Assembly: GCA_951406725.2 (NCBI GenBank)
Contig: OX597831.1
Location: 6,324,001-6,388,000 of the forward strand
Origin: Octopus vulgaris
Taxonomy: Eukaryota
Length of the DNA stretch: 64,000 nt
Direction: 5' to 3'
Shown here piece after piece: positions 47,927-62,608 of the stretch. The stretch's first letter is position 1. Each line of letters starts with the position of its first letter. The position numbers and the translations under genes were made by a program. The notes below the pieces were generated by a model that did no database searches, had not been told where the DNA came from, and saw only the letters and a program-made list of their open reading frames with translations.

Positions 47927-50790
47927 GACAGGCTTCTTTCAGTTTCCGTCTACCAAATCCACTCACAAGGCATTGGTCGGCCCGGGGCAATAGCAGAAGA
48001 CACTTGCCCAAGATGCCACGCAGTGGGACTGAACCCGGAACCATGTGGTTGGTAAGCAAGCTACTTACCACACAGCCACTCCTGCGCCCTATTTCGTAAG
48101 AAAAACAAAATGTCGTCTTGAATATTACACAATTTATTACATTAACAGTCTTAAAAATCAACAAGACAAAAAAAGAAGTATATTTAAGCAAGATCTGTCA
48201 AAGATCGCGAGGCATTAGTCGATTTGTAAGTCAGGGCAATACAGTGTTAGAACGAAGACTGGACTCTTTTATAACAATGATGACAGACCTGTTCCTATTT
48301 ACAGTTCAGAGTGCTGTAAGAGGTGAAATGGGACATGAATAGGATCAATGTTTTCCATGATGAGTGGCTGAGGAAAATCTACCGCATCTTCTGGCCCAAC
48401 TAAGCGTCGAATGAGAAGCAGTGATGTAGTCCATGAAATAAAACAGCGGCTGCTCAGATTGTTTGACCACTGTCTCGAAATGGACTGAAACAGAGTGTCA
48501 AAGGTACCGTAAAGAGAGAGAGACACCATTTAGAGAGTAAAAATCTGGACGATCAAAGACTGTTTGGTGTAGAACAGTTGAAAGTTGCAAGAAATGGAAA
48601 GTAAATGGGGCAAGGGCACATGGTTTTACTAAATACCAGATTGAACAGCCTCTATTCATTAGAAGTTGATTTTTCAAGCGAAAGAAGAGGAATAAAAATG
48701 TTGCTGTTGCTGCTGTTGTTGTATTTATTGCTATTGTTGTTTTGTTTGTTTGTGGAGCGAAGCGGTCTTCGTCCCAGAGCTCGCAAGATGGGAGAAGTCC
48801 GAAACGTGGTCCTTTGCTATTCGTAAGACCCGCAGAAGAGAAGGCAGGTCAACCCCCGACACCGAGAGCATCGACGGATGGATGAATGCGCATCAAGGTT
48901 CAGCGGTTGCGTAGGACGTCGGGGACAAGAAACAGGAAGAAAGAGTGAGAGTACAAAGAGTACAACAGGGGTCGCCGCCACCCCCTGCCGGAGCCTCGTG
49001 GAGCTTTAGGTGTTTTCGCTCAATAAACACACACACGCCCGGTCTGGGAATCGAAAACGTGATCCTCCGACCGCGAGTCCGCTGCCCTAACCATTGGGCC
49101 ATTGCGCCTCCACTTACTGTTGCTGCTGCTGTTGTATTTATTGCTATTGCTGTTCTTATCGCTATTGTTGTTGTTGTTGTGACGGTGGGCGGATGGATGC
49201 GGGGGGGGGATCGACGTCGTTATTGGTCTTGTAAGCTATGACGTCATTCCCAATTTAGTTCCCTCAATTCAGACCAATGTTGACAGCATCATTTCTCTAG
49301 TAGGTTGGTGACTTGGTGGGTTGTTGCAGGTCATCTTTTCCCTCTCAACCTGCACACCTTGAATGGCTTTAGTATACACACACATACACACACACACACA
49401 CATACATACATACATACATACATACATACATACATGCGTACATACATACATACATACATGCAAGCATTCACACACACATACACACATACACACATATATT
49501 TATATATATTTACGCATATATATACATATATATATATACATATATATACACATATATACATACATCCCTACATACATAAATACATATATACACACATGTA
49601 TACATACATACATGCATAAATACATATATACACACATGTATACATACATACATACATACATACATACATACATACATACATACATACATACATACATACA
49701 TACATACATACATACATGCGTACATACATACATACAAAACGAAATCAAGGGGACGGAAGCTTAACATCGATCCAGACTGCCTATGAGCATCACTTCATAT
49801 CCCTTCAGCAACATCTTTTAATCCGCATCCGAAGCAGTTGTCCAAAAATGTCATCGCAGTATTGACTCCCGAGTGGGACATGATGTTGTAGCCGGGACAC
49901 TGTATAATGAGACCCGTCGGTAGGATAACTCTGAGGCCAAAGAAATTAGGACCCACAGTATGGTAGAGCTCATAGCTACTCATAATAAGGAGTAATGGTG
50001 GAATGTTCCAAAGGAAGCCCCAATAAAATGTAAACATAATAGGGCTGGCATAGAGATTTGAAACAGAGAAGAGAAACTATGTACAGTAGAAGAAATCAGC
50101 TGTCCTGCAGATGTTAACATAAAGCAAAAAAGGAAACACCTACGCTGACCTATTCAGAAATCTGCATTTACTCTACCCAAAATACAATTTCAGGATTATA
50201 CCTATAATTATTGGGATACTGGGGTACGTAACACACTGTCTGAGTACTAAGCTTGAGAAATTAGGCCCTTCAAATCCAGAAAGGAGAAAGCTGATTCGAA
50301 GACTACAGCCATCACTGGAACTGTAAAAATCTGTAAAGCTTTCCAGAAGTTTATCATTTAAGTATATATATATATTTATTTCTTTACGACCCACAAGGGG
50401 CTAAACACAGAGAGGACAAACAAGGACAGACAAAGGGATTTAAGTCGATTATATCGACCCTAGTGCGTAACTAGTACTTAATTTATCGACCCCGAAAGGA
50501 TGAAAGGCAAAGTCGACCTCGGCGGAATTTGAACTCAGAACGTAGCGAAGCGCATGTCTAGACACGCAATTATACGCATGAGAATACATACATAAAACAA
50601 TACATACAAATCTGCGCATACACTGACCCCAAATACTACACATATATACACACATACAAACAAAAATACCCTGTTGTTGATGTTGAAATTGCAATGAAGG
50701 AACCTTGGTTCTAGGTTAGAAACCGGGTCTTTCTCTATTGGAAAGAAATCTTGAAATAAAACCGAATAATGTCATACATAATTACATATA

Positions 50791-50845
<55 letters not shown>

Positions 50846-51809
50846 AACACACACACATACACACGTACACACACACACACATACATACTTCTTACACTGC
50901 ATACATAGACACATTCCAACAAGACAGCCCTGTTTGAAAATGTCTAAATTCCAAGAGAATATCTTGTTTCCAGTTTAGAAACCAGTTCTTCCTCCTTTAT
51001 AAAGTAAAAACAAGAATGTGCGTGTATGTGTGTGTGTGTGTGTATCTCAGTATCTTAAGTGTGTGTGTATATATGTGTGTGTGCGTGAAGTAAAAAAGCA
51101 AACGGATCTCCGTCGATTCCAACGATGACCATTTCAACTGTTTAATCAACTGAATTATTGCTTAACGAATTCTAGTAGAAATGGGCTGATTATTTCGCAG
51201 ATCCTTGCGTGTGACAAAGCTGAGCTATTGTATTACTGGTAGAGTTCATCCCATGAGGCTTCCGCGCAGGCTCCGTCGATCCAACTTCACTCACAAGATT
51301 TCAGCTGATCAGAAAGAGGACCTCTGAGAGATATTTGGCCAATATGAACAAAATTGCCCTCAGATCCTGGTAGGTGGATTCCTCTCACAATTCAAGGGGA
51401 CTCTGGGGTTTCTTTTCTTTTCAGAGATCTGGCACATGATAAGAAACTTCTTGCTTCTTGGAGCCCCCCTTTGGTTTCTCAGGTCCCTATTTGTTTCCCG
51501 AAGTCCCTATTTGGTTTTTGGGGCTGGTTCTTGTTTTCCCGGGCCTCTCTTTGGTCCCGTAGGTCTATTCTTTGTTCCTGGGTCACATCTCAGAAATGGC
51601 AACCAAATCTTCCTTCAGTAACGCATTATTATCTTTAAAAAAAGAACTCTGCGGAATAGGCGTAGGTATGGCTGTGTGTTGCTTCCCAACCTCATGGCTC
51701 GTGGTTCAGTCCTACAGTGTGGAGCCTTGGATAAATGTCTTCAGCTCTAACCACGGAGCGATTAAAGTCTTGGGCATTTGGTAGTCGAAAACTGAATGAA
51801 ACCCGTCTA

Positions 51810-51858
<49 letters not shown>

Positions 51859-52049
51859 TGTGTGTGTGTGTGTGTGTATAAAGCACGAAGCCATTGGGAT
51901 GTCTTGGACTTTGACTGACGAGGATATCAGCAGCTAATTTTCCGTGTATCGTCTGTTTTGTCTCATTTTCTGTTGGTTGTGTTTTTGGTTGATTTTCCGT
52001 TTGCTAATTTTTCCCTATGTTATGTTCTTTCTCTACATCCCTTGATGTA

Positions 52050-52110
<61 letters not shown>

Positions 52111-53387
52111 AAGAAGAAAACGGAGACTGGGAAATTAATAATTGTTTATTATTAACAACAAATTAATCATTATTGAACCAGTATTTCTTCTGATGAAACC
52201 ATCCCTTCATGAGGTTGAGACAACCGATACGCTCTCTCTCTCCGATTTGCTGGAGATAACAGCCAAATCTCTCTCAATGTCACACGCTAACATTATATAA
52301 ACGAGAGGACACATTGGATAAGATGGAAAAAAATGCACACGCATGTATTCCCTATAAAAGAACTTTCTATTTTTCTCCCCCACCTTTCTTATCGTTTATA
52401 CTTTTCTCCCCCCCCCCCCGTCTCTCTCTTTCATGACCCAATGACCCAGAAGTCGTTGCTCTTTCATTACTTTCACAAACAGTAGTAACGTTCTTCAGCC
52501 GAATACACATCATTTTTTCTTTCTTTACTACCCACAAGGGGCTAAACATAGAGGGGACAAACAAGGACAGACATAGGTATTAAGTCGATTACATCGACCC
52601 CAGTGCGTAACTGGTACTTATTTAATCGACCCCGAAAGGATGAAAGGCAAAGTCGACCTCAGCGGAATTTGAACTCAGAACGTAACGGCAGACGAAATAC
52701 GGCTACGCATTTCGCCCGGCGTGCTAACGTTTCTGCCAGCTCGCCGCCTTTACACATCATTGATTGGTTAAAATTACCCAAATACGACAACTGTAGCACG
52801 AAATGACTTCTAGAATACAAAGTTTTGTCAAACCGTGTTCTACGTGACACTTTCAACCAGTATCCGAAATTTCAAACTGTTTAGTAAAAAAAAAAATCAT
52901 AATTTAAAAAATCTGCGACTGAGATTGAAAAGATCCTGAAAAGATCCATAATGTCTCCTGAAAGAAAGAAAGAAAGAAAGACAGAAAGATGAGGTAAACA
53001 TAGTTTGAATTCCTTTGATTATAATCTGATCATAATCAGCGTTGGTGATGGTGGAGATGTCTAAAAGACGACGACACGATAAGGCTGGCTGAACTCTACG
53101 ACATCGCTTCTTCCTTTACCTGACAATTGTGTCTTGTTTATTTACTCCAACATTCCTGAACAATCACGAACCTGAGACTTCCTCCACTAACGATGACAAA
53201 AATCATGCCACAGGAATTTCTTTCCAGTTATGTCGTCTGTGAGTTATGATTAATTTTCATTCTCCTATCAGCAGAATCTATTTTCGTATCTCACCCACCT
53301 GGCAGCAGAACCGACAACTTCCTGCTTACTTACTAAAATGTTCACTTATCTCGTCTTTTGAAAATCAGTATGACTTAGAAGCGTAGG

Positions 53388-54290
<903 letters not shown>

Positions 54291-54291
<1 letters not shown>

Positions 54292-55400
54292 CAGGGTGCG
54301 GTGAATAAATTGTCTAATTGGCGCAAAAATGAAAATAACACTGACATCTCATTTTAACATATACCGTAAATCTTCGGGTATAGTCTGCTCTTGAGTATAA
54401 TACGCAGGGGATTTTTAGGGGGCTGTACTTCTGAAAAGCCTAAACCTTGTGTATAATACGCGCCCCTTCTCTGACTTGGGTCGTGCGTAATAAAACCAGC
54501 AGCACCTAGTCGAACAAACACTTCCGCGCATGCATAGTACAATAATGGTGATGTTCTTAACTGCTATATGGGAATGTAAATATGTTTGCAAATTGTTTTT
54601 GTTACATGTTATTCTGTGTTCTGAATACTTTTATTTCAATAAATGTTGCTTACTGCAAGTTATGGATGATTCTTTTATGACTTCATTGCTTTCAGGCTTA
54701 GCTTAAGGTATTTTCGTGCCCGACATCACAAAATGCATCTGAATAGACATTGCCGGACAGCAAATAGAGACATTGCTTAGAAAATATTTTTCATTTTTAA
54801 CCTCGTATATAGCACGCACTAGGGATTTTGACCTTTAAATTTGGGGGGAAAAGTGCGGATTATACTAAAGGATTTACGGTATTTACCAAAACTACATAAA
54901 AATATCTTGAAATACTAAAGTAAATTTATTCAATAAAATCGCCATTGCCTTCAACCACGGCCTCCCGAGGCACCTGCAACTCTTCTGGACGGTCTCCTTG
55001 TTTAAGTTGGTGGATGCTGCCATAATCCTTGCCTTCAGTTCATCTTTGGTGTTACAAGGAGTTTTGTTGGTCTCTCGCTCAACTGCGCCCTATACATGAT
55101 AATGAAGGGGGTTGCAGTCTGAGGAGTAGGTGACCAGATGTTAGGGGTGATGTGGTCGCAGAAATTGTCTGACAGCCATGACTGGGTTCTCCTGGTTGTG
55201 TAGCACGGTGTAAAGTTCTGTTACCAGACATAGGGTCTTCCAGCAGCCACTCTCTTGACCCAGGGCAGCACTACCTCCTCCGGGCACTTGATGTAGGCCC
55301 CTGTGTTGAGTCTGAGGCTGTGTGGGAAAATGAATGGAGGCGTAACGTTGCCATCACTAGTGATGGTCTGGAATGGATGCTTGAATGTTATCACTCTCGG
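54291..55400 (-). mobile_element. maT-like mariner relic with a nested MITE
   Basis: TA|cagggtgcggtgaataaattg terminus; TITSDGNVTPPFIFP...YIKCPEEVVLPWVKRVAAGRPYVW, with stops. Confidence 0.75.
54364..54879. mobile_element. Pogo/Tigger-type MITE nested in the mariner relic
   Basis: TA|ccgtaaatcttcgggtatagtc ... gattatactaaaggatttacgg|TA terminal inverted repeats. Confidence 0.75.
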
Positions 55401-55529
55401 TACATGTTTTGGGGACCTGGCAAGCCAATGGTTGCTCTGTGTGTTCACCATCGGATCCTGGCAGAAATTCTTCTCGTCTGAGAAAAAACTAAAGCATGTC
55501 CAGTATATATGTATATATAGACAAACACA

Positions 55530-55576
<47 letters not shown>

Positions 55577-55704
55577 TAGATATGTTTCGACCAAAGATTG
55601 GTCCAGGCCATGTCTAACTTAATAGCACCACCTGATAGGATTATTCGAATCCTGTTTAAGTCAAGTTTTGTTCAAGTAGTGAGTTCTTGTTGGGTGAGTG
55701 GTAT

Positions 55705-56060
<356 letters not shown>

Positions 56061-56177
56061 GCTAGAAACAAGAAACAAAGACTCTAAGAGCCACAAAAAG
56101 CATACTGTCAGTACATACACAAATAAATGTTTTCCTTTTTCGTTTTATATTGCGTCTAGCCACCTTCGATATATATG

Positions 56178-56212
<35 letters not shown>

Positions 56213-56559
56213 ATGTTTGTGTGTGTATTGGGTTGGCAACTCATAATAAATAAATAAATGGGAAATTGTGGTTATATAAGAATTTTTGGTGATAACGTTT
56301 TACCACCCAAAATTAGAAACTGTTCAAACAGCATTCGTTGTAAGCTAAAATTTTTAAAAAATTATAAATATTTTGTAAAACATTACTATTTCTTTTAAAT
56401 GATATACTTTTTATTCTCTAATGAAGCATAAAGCAAATTCAGCAACAACAAAAAAATTCATAAATTTATTTGAAACAAGAATGAGGTTCATAACTATACA
56501 CTCCGTACAATATGGTCGGGTCCATTTAGATATTACAAAAAGATAACCACTGCATTTAC

Positions 56560-56885
56560 TCAGTGAAGGCGCATGGCTGTGTTTAGAGCATCGGGCTTAC
56601 AATCGTGAGGTTGTGGGTTCGTTTCCCGAACCGGCTGTGTTGTGTTCTGTTCTTAAGTAAAACACTTTGTTTCACGTTGCTCCAATTCACTCAGCTGTAG
56701 AAATGAGTTGCGACGTCATTGGTGCCAAGCTGTATCGGTCCCTTTGCCTTTCCCGTGGACAACATCGGTGACGTGGAGAGAGGAGATCGGTATGCATGAG
56801 CGATTGCTGGCCTTCCATACACAACCTTGCCCGGACATGTGCCTTGGAGGGGAACTTTCTAGATGCAATTCCATGGTCATTCGTA
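56560..56885 (+). mobile_element. tRNA-derived SINE family E; second copy ~39400-39718(-)
   Basis: gtgaaggcgcatggct...gaggttgtgggttcgtttccc...cactttatttcacgttgctccaattcactcagctgtagaaatgagttgcgac...ggtgccaagctgtatcgg shared between the copies (both give the 'MRxHWCQAVS' pseudo-ORF). Confidence 0.8.
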
Positions 56886-57063
56886 ACAGACTTAGTTATG
56901 AGATATTGACTAAAGTTATGTTAATGATTTCGTATTTGTCACTAACTGTATGTCACTCAAACGTAACGTTTCGCCTACACAAACGAGGAAAAATTAAAGA
57001 GCATAGATCGAAAATAAGGAAGCAAATGGCAATCGAGCCAATTGTTGAGCATATTAAGAGACC

Positions 57064-60000
57064 TTACTGACACCCACAGTGTGTTGACGGACAATAGTTA
57101 TTAGCACAGTTTATCCGACACCAAATTGTAGAACCAGGAACTATTCTGAAAAGGCCGATAGCTCCACACGAGATTATTTGTCGACAATCACAGTTACACA
57201 CAGATAATTGGCAGCCCTGATTCCTACACGTTTTCTCACACCAAGACGATATTCCTTTCATATAACGATAGATACCACGTCCTCTGCATCTAAGTCTTTT
57301 ACGATGACCGCTACAATGTGGTAATCCCTGAAAAATATCTGTTATCAAAGAACAGGATTCAACAGTCACACACTGTATAGTTCCGTTCCGAGTTTGGCTA
57401 CATTCAATTTTTTTTTCGCATTCATGCTTCGTCACGGCACAATTCTCACCATCTGTACAATTATTCTCCTCTTTTGTTTTCGTCGTATCAGAACGTTTAG
57501 GAATGGAATCATTCGTCCCCGATGAATGCTGTCGTATTGCTGTTGTTGGAATTATTGTTAAATCAATCTTTTCTGTTGCCGTGAGTTGCTTATTTGTCTC
57601 ATCTATTTTCGATGAAACCATTGTATTGGTTTTGCCAATCGAACTATCTAGAGAATTGTTTGTTTTTTCAGCCCCTGAGTAGTTATTTTTCGTTGACAAC
57701 TGGGGTGGGGCTGTGATGGGAAGTAATTCCTCTGAAACTAAAGAATCTGAAAAAGAACCTGGAGGTTCGGTTGCAGTTTTTTGCCGCTCACCCTTCTTTC
57801 GAATTTGATTTATCGCATTCAGTTTTTGTGAATCCAAAATAGTTGTAGATGGTTCAACAGAAAACGCATTTGACCTATGGTCACCTGATTGTACGTCACC
57901 TGATCCGTAGTCACTGAAATCGCTTGGTTCCAATAGATTTAAATAATGCCCTGATGCGGAGCCAGGCTCAGACATACTTAATCGATTCTCATGAAGAGCT
58001 CCGTGCGATGCTAGTAAATTTTCTGACATTAGCAATGGGGCCGAAATACTTTTGGTCCCAACTGAACTGGAATCGTTTTTGCTAAACAGTGATTGCTGTG
58101 CACTTCGTTGCCTGCATATCTCGTTTGGTTTACAAATTTTAGAAGATAAGCGTAACGCATTTCTTTTCTTTCTTCTTTTCCCATTCTTTCTAGTATTTTG
58201 GAGTTTCGTCTCTTCTTCTTCAGCGCCATTATTGGGGATTAATTTATCAAAAGCAATATCTGCACAATTGTAAAACTGCATTTCATAACCACAAACACGT
58301 CCCTCACTGCCACTTCTACAACGACCTGAAATATGAAATCAAAAATCCTTATTTATAGACAAAATAAAAATACATATTTATAGACTAAACAGAGACACTT
58401 ATTTAGGTTAAAGCTAACCAGAGTAAAGTCAGAGCAAGGTTCACCCAATTTGATAGAGTAGATTTTTATCTGTATCTATCGAAAGGGTTTCTAGTTAAGG
58501 CGCTTATGTTCGCTAGGAATTTTACTGAGATTAGTGCTAAGGACATAGACGTGATTATGCACGCTAGGAAAATGCTGCTGTTCGACAAAGGTTTGGTCTG
58601 GGTCAAAGAAACCAACCCAGTAAGCTCCTTCAATGTGATGATTCGACAGCCCGAATGTCTGCGATCTCATAGGATTGTATATACTAGACACCTTAACGAA
58701 GGGGTTCCCGTCAGTCATTTTTGGTCTGTACAGAGATGTTTGTCAAATTAAAGGTTGGGGAGAGAAATAAAACACGAAGCAGCAGAAATGCACAGAATAG
58801 CAATGAAATATTTGGTCATTGCGTTGTCAGGGACTGTACAGGTAAAAATCTGCGGTGGCAATGAAACCGTTGAAGATATGAAAGGTCGTAGACGATCTTC
58901 TGCGTTTAACAGCAACCATTTAAGAGATAATATTGAAATTGACTAACGCAAAACAAGTCAGGAGTTTGTAGTAGAAATAGAATATTGACCATTCAAAAGT
59001 TGGTCAATAATTGCATCGCCTTGGGCATTGTAAAAAATACTCGGATTTAGTTAAACTGATTCACATAATATGTAATTTTTAAAAAAGAAGTAAAACTTTA
59101 AACATCGGTTATAATAATGTAGTTTTTCAGTCTTATTGCTATGAATGTATGATGTTATGGAGGAAAAAGTTACACAGGTTTAAAAATCGAAAAAAAAAAA
59201 CTGTATATTTTTAGTCAATAGCGAGACAGAAATTTTCTGCGTTTAGCGGAGCGGTGTCAACTATAAGGTTGTACCCTGTGAAATTTATAGCTTAGTGAAA
59301 TGACCTGTTCATTGAAGGTTTCTAAATAAACAGAAATACCTAATAAAATCAATATGTATCATCTTACTGTTTCTTTTGTCTCTCATTGATTGTATGTTTT
59401 TATCATTTTTTTCAATTTGTTATTTAATATATTTGTCTGCATGAGTTTACTTCATGCGTGTTTCAGTATTATGTATACTCGTCATGTATTTGTTTACATC
59501 ATTAATATATAAGTGCGTGTGTGAAAGGGGGGCGTCTGTCTCCAAAGTTGAGTACCGTTTCCGTGCTTGCATTTGTAAACTACGGTAAGAAAAACACTGG
59601 TCAACAAAGAATTTTTGCCCCCCCCCCTAGTATATGAAATGAAAAATATATAAAAATACTAACACAGAAAAATTAAAACAAAACACGCGGGTGAAAAAAA
59701 TCTGGTGGTGTAAAGAATCAACAGAGAACAAAGTGTTGCACAGACACAAGTGAAGTGAAACACAGCGTGCGGTTGTCATGGTAACAAGCTGCTAATGCTA
59801 CGCTGTCGGTTGATTGGCTAAAATTACCCAATTTCCCAACTTTAATTCCAAATAACATCAAATTCTTTAATTTACGAGATAAAGTAATTAGTTGATCGTA
59901 ATCAAAATTCCAGAGTTGCATCGATGCACCAAAATTGAAAGCAATCTGAGCTTGAATTAAAGGGGGCTCAATTTGCGAATGAAACTAACTAGATCAAAAT

Positions 60001-60376
60001 ACTCCCAGGGGCTGAAAGAAAATAATTGAAAAAATTCTGCTGTTATGAAATCTTCTCTGTGCATCTTTTGGTATAATAAACACTATTCCCTGTTATAACC
60101 AATGGACTGAGGTAAGCAGCAACACGCTTTCCCAGACAGAAGTTGTATCATAAGAAGGTTAATCGTTTACTCTTTTACTGGTTTCAGTCATTTGACTGTG
60201 GCCATGCTAGAGCACCGCCTTTAGTCGAGCAAATCGACCCCAGGACTTATTCTTTGTAAGCCTAGTACTTATTCTATCGGTCTCTTTTGCCGAACCGCTA
60301 AGTTACGGGGACGTAAACACACCAGCATCGGTTGTCAAGCGATGTTGAGGGGACAAACACAGACACACAAACACAT

Positions 60377-60409
<33 letters not shown>

Positions 60410-62249
60410 CGAAGGGCTTCTTTCAGTTTCCATCTACCAAATCCACTCACAAAGCTTTGGTCGGCCTGAGGCTATAGTAGAATACACTTGCCCAAGGTGC
60501 CACGCAGTGGGACTGAACCCGGAACCATGTGGTTGGTGAGCAAGCTAACTACCACACAGCCACTCCTATGCCTAGGGGATTATCAAGTGGAAACATTCAC
60601 TACACTTTGTTAAATCCTGGTGAAAGCATCCCCTGAAGAGCGATAAAACGCACCAAAAACTGTAGCATTTAGGTTCAGCATTGGTTAACAGAAAAACGAC
60701 CAATTCTTCTCATAATATCCTACCTTATGTCTCACAAATGATTCTACAGAAATTGAATGAATTGGATAGTGTAACTGATACCCAAGTTACTTTCAAGCCC
60801 TCTCCAATAACCCCCACCACTACCATCCTTTCAAGCATCTAGAAGAATTCTTGCATAATATTTCTTCAACAACCAAGCAACAGCTCCAGATATCTTTATA
60901 TATAAAAGTGAGGTTGTGTGCTGTCTGTCTCCTACGATTTAGATTCCTAACTACTCCCACATTTTGCGGTGCAGTTTAACCAAAACCGGGTATCTTATAG
61001 TCGTGATTCATATCGAGCCCTTCTGGGTATTAGCGCGTCTACGATTTAAAAAAAAATTTACCATCAATTTTTTCCCATTTTTAATGCATTTTTGGCATAT
61101 ATAAGGGAAGTAACTCTCTAAAAATTTATTATTAAATCTCAGAACGTAAAAAGCTACAGTAACCCCCCCCCTTGTGGTTAGCCATATTGAGATGGCTATT
61201 ATACTTTACATCTCTAAAAATGCTTATATAGTTATTTCTCTTACAAATCCGAGCAACGCCGGGCGATACTGCTAGTCTTCAATATATCATTACTTAAAAA
61301 TCGGTGGAGGCGCAATGGCCCAGTGGTTAGGGCAGCGGACTCGCGGTCATAGGATCGCGGTTTCGATTCCCAGACCGGGCGTTGTGAGTGTTTATTGAGC
61401 GAAAACACCTAAAAGGCTCCACGAGGTTCCGGCAGGGGATGGTGGTGATCCCTGCTGTACTCTTTCACCACAACTTTCTCTCACTCTTACTTCCTGTTTC
61501 TGTTGTGCCTGTATTTCAAAGGGCCGGCCTTGTCACTCTCTGTGTCATGCTGAATATCCCCGAGAACTACGTTAAGGGTACACGTGTCTGTGGAGTGCTC
61601 AGCCACTTACACGTTAATTTCACGAGCAGGCTGTTCCGTTGATTCGGATCAACCGGAACCCTCATCGTCGTAACCGACGGAGTGCTTCCATCCCATACTT
61701 TACATCTCTAAAAATGCTTATATAGTTATTTCCCTTACAAACCCGAGCAACGCCGGGCGATACTGCAAGTCTTCGATATATCATTACTTAAAAATCGATA
61801 TGTTAAAAACCGTTCTAATGTTTTGTACCAATCTGTTGGTTGAAAGATCGAAAGAAAATAACAAGAAAAGGTATCTCCTCACTAGTTTTATATTTCCATT
61901 GAAGAACGCACTGGACGCATTGGATTTCCTGGGACAGCTCCAAATGGATGTGGTGCCAGCCTTTAGATTGAGGATAATATCGGATATTCCCTGTTTCCTT
62001 TATTTTCAGTTTGTCAGTCCTTAAACAATCAGCATCTACCACTGTGCTGGTGTTACTGGGAGAACAGATTCGGAACTCGAAGTAGCCATGTTGAAATAAC
62101 TGCAGGTAAATGGAAACTGGGATCGAACGCGTGTTTTCTGGGTAATGTCTAACGTTGCCTCTGCTACCACTACGGAGCTTTCTTTGATGGCTTTCTCTTT
62201 CGTATTGTACTGAACATGTGCCGCACTTTCTCTTGACCAAAATCAACGG
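57064..62249 (-). CDS. Chitin-binding type-4 / AA15 LPMO-like protein, 5'-partial; exons 61883-62249 and 57064-58325; long S/T-rich linker and two C-terminal Cys-rich modules
   Basis: KCGTC...HGYFEFRICSP...DCL...RYYP...IQCVQCVLQWKYKT|SRCRSG...CGYEMQFYNCADIAF is the LPMO_10/AA15 signature (GYFEFRLC, CxQCVLQWxY, FxxCAD). Splice GTGAG at 61882 joins CAG at 58326 in phase 1. The N-terminal exon(s), with signal peptide and His1, are upstream of 62249 and were not found. Confidence 0.88.
58440..58960 (+). mobile_element. Penelope-like element RT fragment (degenerate), intronic in the LPMO-like gene
   Basis: DVIMHARKMLLFDKGLVWVK...FNVM, frameshift to FDSPNVCDLIGLYIL...GLYRDV, matching the Penelope MGSxDGAEVCELVGLY / GLYRDD motifs. 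Confidence 0.7.
60893..61275 (+). mobile_element. Non-autonomous Helitron (different family)
   Basis: A|TCtttatatataaaag 5' end; ccgagcaacgccggg hairpin then CTAG|T 3' end. Confidence 0.8.
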
Positions 62250-62531
62250 CTGGAGGGAAATATGTAAGAGACAATAATTAGCAACAAATAATTAACAATT
62301 TCTTTACTGCCCACAAGGGGCTAAACACAGAGTGGACAAACAAGGACAGACACACGGATTAAGTCGATTATATCGACCCCAGTGCGTAACTGGTTCTTAA
62401 TTTATTGACCCCAAAAGGATGAAAGGCAAAGTCGACCTCGGCGGAATTTGAACTCACAACGTAACGACAGACGAAATACGGCTACGCATTTCGCCCGGCG
62501 TGCTAACGTTTCTGCCAGCTAACGTTTAAAT

Positions 62532-62600
<69 letters not shown>

Positions 62601-62608
62601 GTGTATAC

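Noticed and set aside
60630-60675. ctgaaga-gcg-ataaaa-cgc motif resembling a hammerhead ribozyme core (also ctgatga at 52190)
   Set aside because: The required GAAA and stem III/cleavage triplet are missing.
61304-61380. tRNA-like sequences (also 21126, 49113, 2220, 34450, 56560)
   Set aside because: They are SINE heads followed by SINE bodies; no complete acceptor stem or Pol III terminator was seen.
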